Below, piece after piece: positions 60,758 to 64,000 of a stretch of 64,000 nucleotides of DNA (the first letter of the stretch is position 1; each line of letters opens with the position of its first letter). Below the pieces are notes generated by a model. That model was given only the letters and a program-made list of their open reading frames with translations. It was not told the origin of the DNA and made no database searches. The position numbers and the translations under genes were made by a program. Source of the stretch: a virus; IMG/VR virus record IMGVR_UViG_3300043788_000134, positions 5,882 to 69,881 of that record; one strand, 5' to 3'.

Positions 60758-61474
60758 TCACGTCCTCGGCGGCGTCACGATCTGCGACGGCGCCTTACTC
60801 GACCAGCCCGGCCCGGTGAACTTCTTCATTGCTTCCTCGGTCTCCGCGGACTGCAGCAACAGCTTGAATTGCGATTCCCAATTGACAGGCTGCTGCGGAT
60901 TATCCACCGACGCGCCGTAGTTCATTTGGTATCCCGAACCAAAGATCATCGAGGCACAGAGAAACAGATCGGGAAAGTACACCGTCAACAACGTCGTGAC
61001 ACTCGTCGTCGAAAGCGGCACGGGGCGGAACGATCCCACCACTTCCGCCTGATACGCCTGATCGGGCCACGGTCCCACGATGTACGTTGTCTGCGTCGTC
61101 GGCGCGAAATACTGCGGCACGCCTGATCCCGCCGAACTCGGAAACAATGCGTCGATGAACGACCGCGAAGCCGGCGTGAGATAATTGCGCGTGCCCTGGT
61201 CCGGATTTGTCGTGCCATAGGGCGTAATGGCATAGATCGAATCCACCACATAGAACGTCGCCACCGCAGTCGGCAAATTAAATGCCCGTGTGCCGGTTGA
61301 AAACGCCGCCGATGTATCGCGTGCGATCGTATTGAGCAACTGCAGTTCGCGATAGCACCGCTGTTCCGCATAGTCGATCGCGTTCGGCACCATGGTCTGG
61401 AAGCCAACGTCGGTCGTTGCCACCACCAGAAGGTTGCCGAAGCTCACAATATATGACGTGTAATTGAGCGCCAT
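60758..61474 (-). CDS. virion structural protein (238 aa)
   Basis: ORF track; overlaps stop of fibre gene. Confidence 0.4.
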   Translation of the reverse strand: MALNYTSYIVSFGNLLVVATTDVGFQTMVPNAIDYAEQRCYRELQLLNTIARDTSAAFSTGTRAFNLPTAVATFYVVDSIYAITPYGTTNPDQGTRNYLTPASRSFIDALFPSSAGSGVPQYFAPTTQTTYIVGPWPDQAYQAEVVGSFRPVPLSTTSVTTLLTVYFPDLFLCASMIFGSGYQMNYGASVDNPQQPVNWESQFKLLLQSAETEEAMKKFTGPGWSSKAPSQIVTPPRT

Positions 61475-62991
61475 TAGTTTATCTGAAACACTTTCATGGT
61501 TGATCCGGGAAGCACGACGGTGGTCGCAGTCGTGGCGGCGGCTTGCGCAATCTGCGGGTAGAACACGGTTGCCGTTCCACTCGATAGCGTGCCCACAACA
61601 CGAATCGTCGGCGTTGTCGCACTCGTCGAAGTTGCCACAGCAACCCCAATTGTGGTCGCACGCCCCTGCGCTACCAACGAACCGCCTGAATAGCTTTGCG
61701 CGTCATAAATGACGGAGGCGGGCGTCGTATTCGTTTGGAACGCAAGTTGCGTGCCACCCGTCGCACCGGCGGTGCAATACAAGATCGCCTCGAAAAAATA
61801 ATTGCCATTGCTCGCAACCGCGACAGACAACGCCGGAACCTCTGCCAGAGTCGTCGTGGATACGACATTGAATGCCGTGGTCACCCGCGCAAAGCCGACA
61901 TCGCTCTTGATAAAGCCGTTGACATCGAGGGTGGCGGAGGGAGTGGCGGTGCCGATGCCAAGCACACTGACCACAGCCGTTCCTGCGACGCTGACTAATG
62001 CACTTCCGACAACCGTTGTGCCAACACCAAGCGCAGTAAGCGACGCGGTTCCGCTAACATAAAGCACCGTTGACGCAGGCGGGGATGACGTGCCGATGCC
62101 GACGTTCCCAGTACCCGTTATGAAAACCCGTAGTGTGTTGCCGGTACCAAACTCAATACCATTTCCAGCTTCATCGTTAAGGCCGACAGCATAGGGCTGC
62201 CCGTTATTCATTAGAAAGGCATCGGCACCTTCAACACCTAAGTAGCCTATCCCTGTCGTGTTTCTCAAATCCAGGTAAGCCACACTAGTCGCATTAACCG
62301 ACGAGAAATAGGCTATCGCAAAATCTTCACTTAGCTGTTTAACGGCCAGATTTGTTACGGACTCAGGTGCAATTCCTATTCCAACCGGACCATTAAATTG
62401 TGTCGTCGAATTAAAGATATGTTGCCCAGTCCACGTCGGTGTAATGGCCTGCGACAGCGGCGGCGCGGCATCGCTCCGCATCCCTGTGGTTGCCGCACCA
62501 TTGACCGCAACAAGCCCGACGGTGCCCGTCGGATTAGCCAACCCCGCAAACGTCGCTATCGCCGTATTGAGCGCAATCGTGATTGTGGTCGCGTTGCCGG
62601 TCGTGAACAGCCCGTTGCCGACGCCGACGAAGTTTGTAATGCTCTGCCAGCTTGAAATATAATTCGAGCCGCTGGTCTTGGCGAGGATTTGCCCAGTGCC
62701 GCCGCCCGCCGGAAGATTGCCCGCCGCCACGCCGAGGTTGCCGACGAGCGTTGCCATCGGCAGGCCCGAGGACGCCTGCAGGAACGTCACCATGTCCGAT
62801 GCGGCAGGCACCGCGTTCGGCAGCACGCCCGGCACCTTGCCGACCATGTTGGTGACAAGATCGTAATAGGTCGCCGCCGCCGTTGCGGTTGCCGACGTGA
62901 CCAACAAAAAGATTTCACTGCCGGTATATTGCAGCGCGCCCGGCTGGTAAGGCGGGAACGAGGGGAATGTGCCGGGAGTGGGGGTCGCCAT
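61474..62991 (-). CDS. tail fibre-like protein (505 aa)
   Basis: GGGTGQILAKTSGSNYISSW motif common in fibre proteins; Ala/Thr/Gly-rich. Confidence 0.55.
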   Translation of the reverse strand: MATPTPGTFPSFPPYQPGALQYTGSEIFLLVTSATATAAATYYDLVTNMVGKVPGVLPNAVPAASDMVTFLQASSGLPMATLVGNLGVAAGNLPAGGGTGQILAKTSGSNYISSWQSITNFVGVGNGLFTTGNATTITIALNTAIATFAGLANPTGTVGLVAVNGAATTGMRSDAAPPLSQAITPTWTGQHIFNSTTQFNGPVGIGIAPESVTNLAVKQLSEDFAIAYFSSVNATSVAYLDLRNTTGIGYLGVEGADAFLMNNGQPYAVGLNDEAGNGIEFGTGNTLRVFITGTGNVGIGTSSPPASTVLYVSGTASLTALGVGTTVVGSALVSVAGTAVVSVLGIGTATPSATLDVNGFIKSDVGFARVTTAFNVVSTTTLAEVPALSVAVASNGNYFFEAILYCTAGATGGTQLAFQTNTTPASVIYDAQSYSGGSLVAQGRATTIGVAVATSTSATTPTIRVVGTLSSGTATVFYPQIAQAAATTATTVVLPGSTMKVFQIN

Positions 62992-62993
62992 TT

Positions 62994-63029
62994 ATGTCAC
63001 GATAACCTTGTGATTACGGTGCGGTCATC
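62994..63029 (+). repeat. PIR half-site, subtype A, forward (diverged outer block)
   Basis: atgtcacgataaccttgtgattacggtgcggtcatc. Confidence 0.7.
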
Positions 63030-63056
63030 GTCCTTCCTTCATTCAAAAAGAAAGAA

Positions 63057-63100
63057 CGGTGACCGACGATTCTCTCCGCACACGCTCCGCTCACATGATA
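63057..63100 (-). repeat. PIR half-site, subtype B2, reverse (diverged outer block)
   Basis: cggtgaccgacgattctctccgcacacgctccgctcacatgata. Confidence 0.7.
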
Positions 63101-63106
63101 CAAAAC

Positions 63107-63478
63107 TTAACCCGGATACGTCCCCGCATTCTGCGCCCCCTGCAAGTTATCCCCAAGCAATGCCTGCCCGTTTTGGGCGTAAAGCTGTTGCCCTGTCTGT
63201 GAGACCAGGAACGTCTGCTCATCGATCGAATAAGGCTCCGGCCGCGCATTGAGGATTGACACCGGATCGGGTGGCAGGATGATGGTGCCGAGTTGGCGAT
63301 TCGGGATATCAATTTGATCTGGCACGCACAAAATACGTTTATTGATTAATTGGGTGCCAGCCCACTCGTACTGCCATTGTAGGTTCTTCTGATTGCCAAT
63401 AAAGCCAGACCTGTCACATGTACCCCAAGCATCGGGGTGTGAGGCGTTGGTTCTTGCTCGTCGTGGATGAGGGCGCAT
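63107..63478 (-). CDS. virion-module protein (123 aa)
   Basis: ORF track. Confidence 0.4.
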   Translation of the reverse strand: MRPHPRRARTNASHPDAWGTCDRSGFIGNQKNLQWQYEWAGTQLINKRILCVPDQIDIPNRQLGTIILPPDPVSILNARPEPYSIDEQTFLVSQTGQQLYAQNGQALLGDNLQGAQNAGTYPG

Positions 63479-63481
63479 GGC

Positions 63482-64000
63482 TTACCTATGATAATAATTT
63501 CCGAGTGAGGGAGCCAACATCAGAGGTACGTTCTCGGTATCCTGTGCCGCGGCAATCTTCCATGCCTCGTCGGCGTCCACCTTGCGCAACGCCTCAAGCG
63601 ATGGTGCGTAAGTCCGCGACACGCGATGCGCTAATTCGGCAACAAGGACATCAAACCAGCGGTATGGAACGTTAGGCGTTTCGCCGGCCGGAAGATTTGC
63701 ATCCTGAATCTGCGTACACCCGAACCAATCAAATGTATAAGGACCGTTGTCGTCGGGGACTGGATAGAAAGTGATCGTGGGGCTTATGAGGCGGTCGAAC
63801 CAATAGACCGTCGGCGGCCCCGGCGTTTGCTGATTCGCAAAACTCAAATACTCCGTACGCGAGATCGGCGTGATGTAGCGCCGCGATTCGTTCTGCATTC
63901 CGTAATTCAGAACTACGGAAGCGTCCAAGATCATTACCGTCTGCGGTGTTACCGTGTAGGTCGCCTGTCCGCTGACCAGCGTCGTTTGCGTTCTAACCAC
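63482..64000 (-). CDS. head-tail adaptor-like virion protein, 3' part (gene runs off window end)
   Basis: open to window edge; position upstream of tail genes. Confidence 0.4.
   Translation of the reverse strand: MVRTQTTLVSGQATYTVTPQTVMILDASVVLNYGMQNESRRYITPISRTEYLSFANQQTPGPPTVYWFDRLISPTITFYPVPDDNGPYTFDWFGCTQIQDANLPAGETPNVPYRWFDVLVAELAHRVSRTYAPSLEALRKVDADEAWKIAAAQDTENVPLMLAPSLGNYYHR

Noticed and set aside
58990-62991. Diversity-generating retroelement targeting the two fibre genes
   Set aside because: No reverse transcriptase ORF and no template/variable repeat pair were noticed anywhere in the window.

Overview
The whole 64-kb window reads as DNA of one temperate tailed phage or prophage from a high-GC, alphaproteobacterium-like host. 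No host housekeeping genes are visible, and virion genes run off both window ends. Minus-strand block 24.7 kb to 1: small regulators, an N6-adenine-type DNA methyltransferase, terminase small and large subunits, portal, scaffold-like and capsid genes. This block is interrupted by a ~7.5-kb sugar/radical-SAM island (B12-binding radical SAM, SPASM radical SAM, two RmlD-like reductases, two glycosyltransferase-like genes). Plus-strand block 25.0-42.1 kb: early and accessory genes, including a Gly-(Tyr/Ser/Asp) microsatellite protein, a 2-kb IS1595-family element with a trypsin-like protease passenger, a DUF968/Ref-like protein, a tyrosine recombinase inside an operon, a DHH phosphoesterase, a SLOG/DUF2493 protein and tRNA-Arg(TCT). 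Minus-strand block 64 to 42.1 kb: adaptor, tail and fibre genes, a 1156-aa internal protein with an embedded peptidase-S74 domain, a GNAT-like gene, a lysis cassette (GH25, holin-like, lipoproteins), a nucleosidase-like gene, a second IS1595 transposase, and a sigma70-promoted secreted RlpA-like/M15-like operon. The most unusual signal is a family of at least 29 short (35-48 bp) intergenic repeat half-sites, called PIR here. They have the form GGGTCAYGAGAG, variable core, GGTSAMC. They occur in both orientations and often as head-to-head pairs that are either empty or filled with small accessory genes or IS elements. All functional calls come from reading motifs by eye. No database search was run, and most start codons are inferred from RBS and overlap logic.
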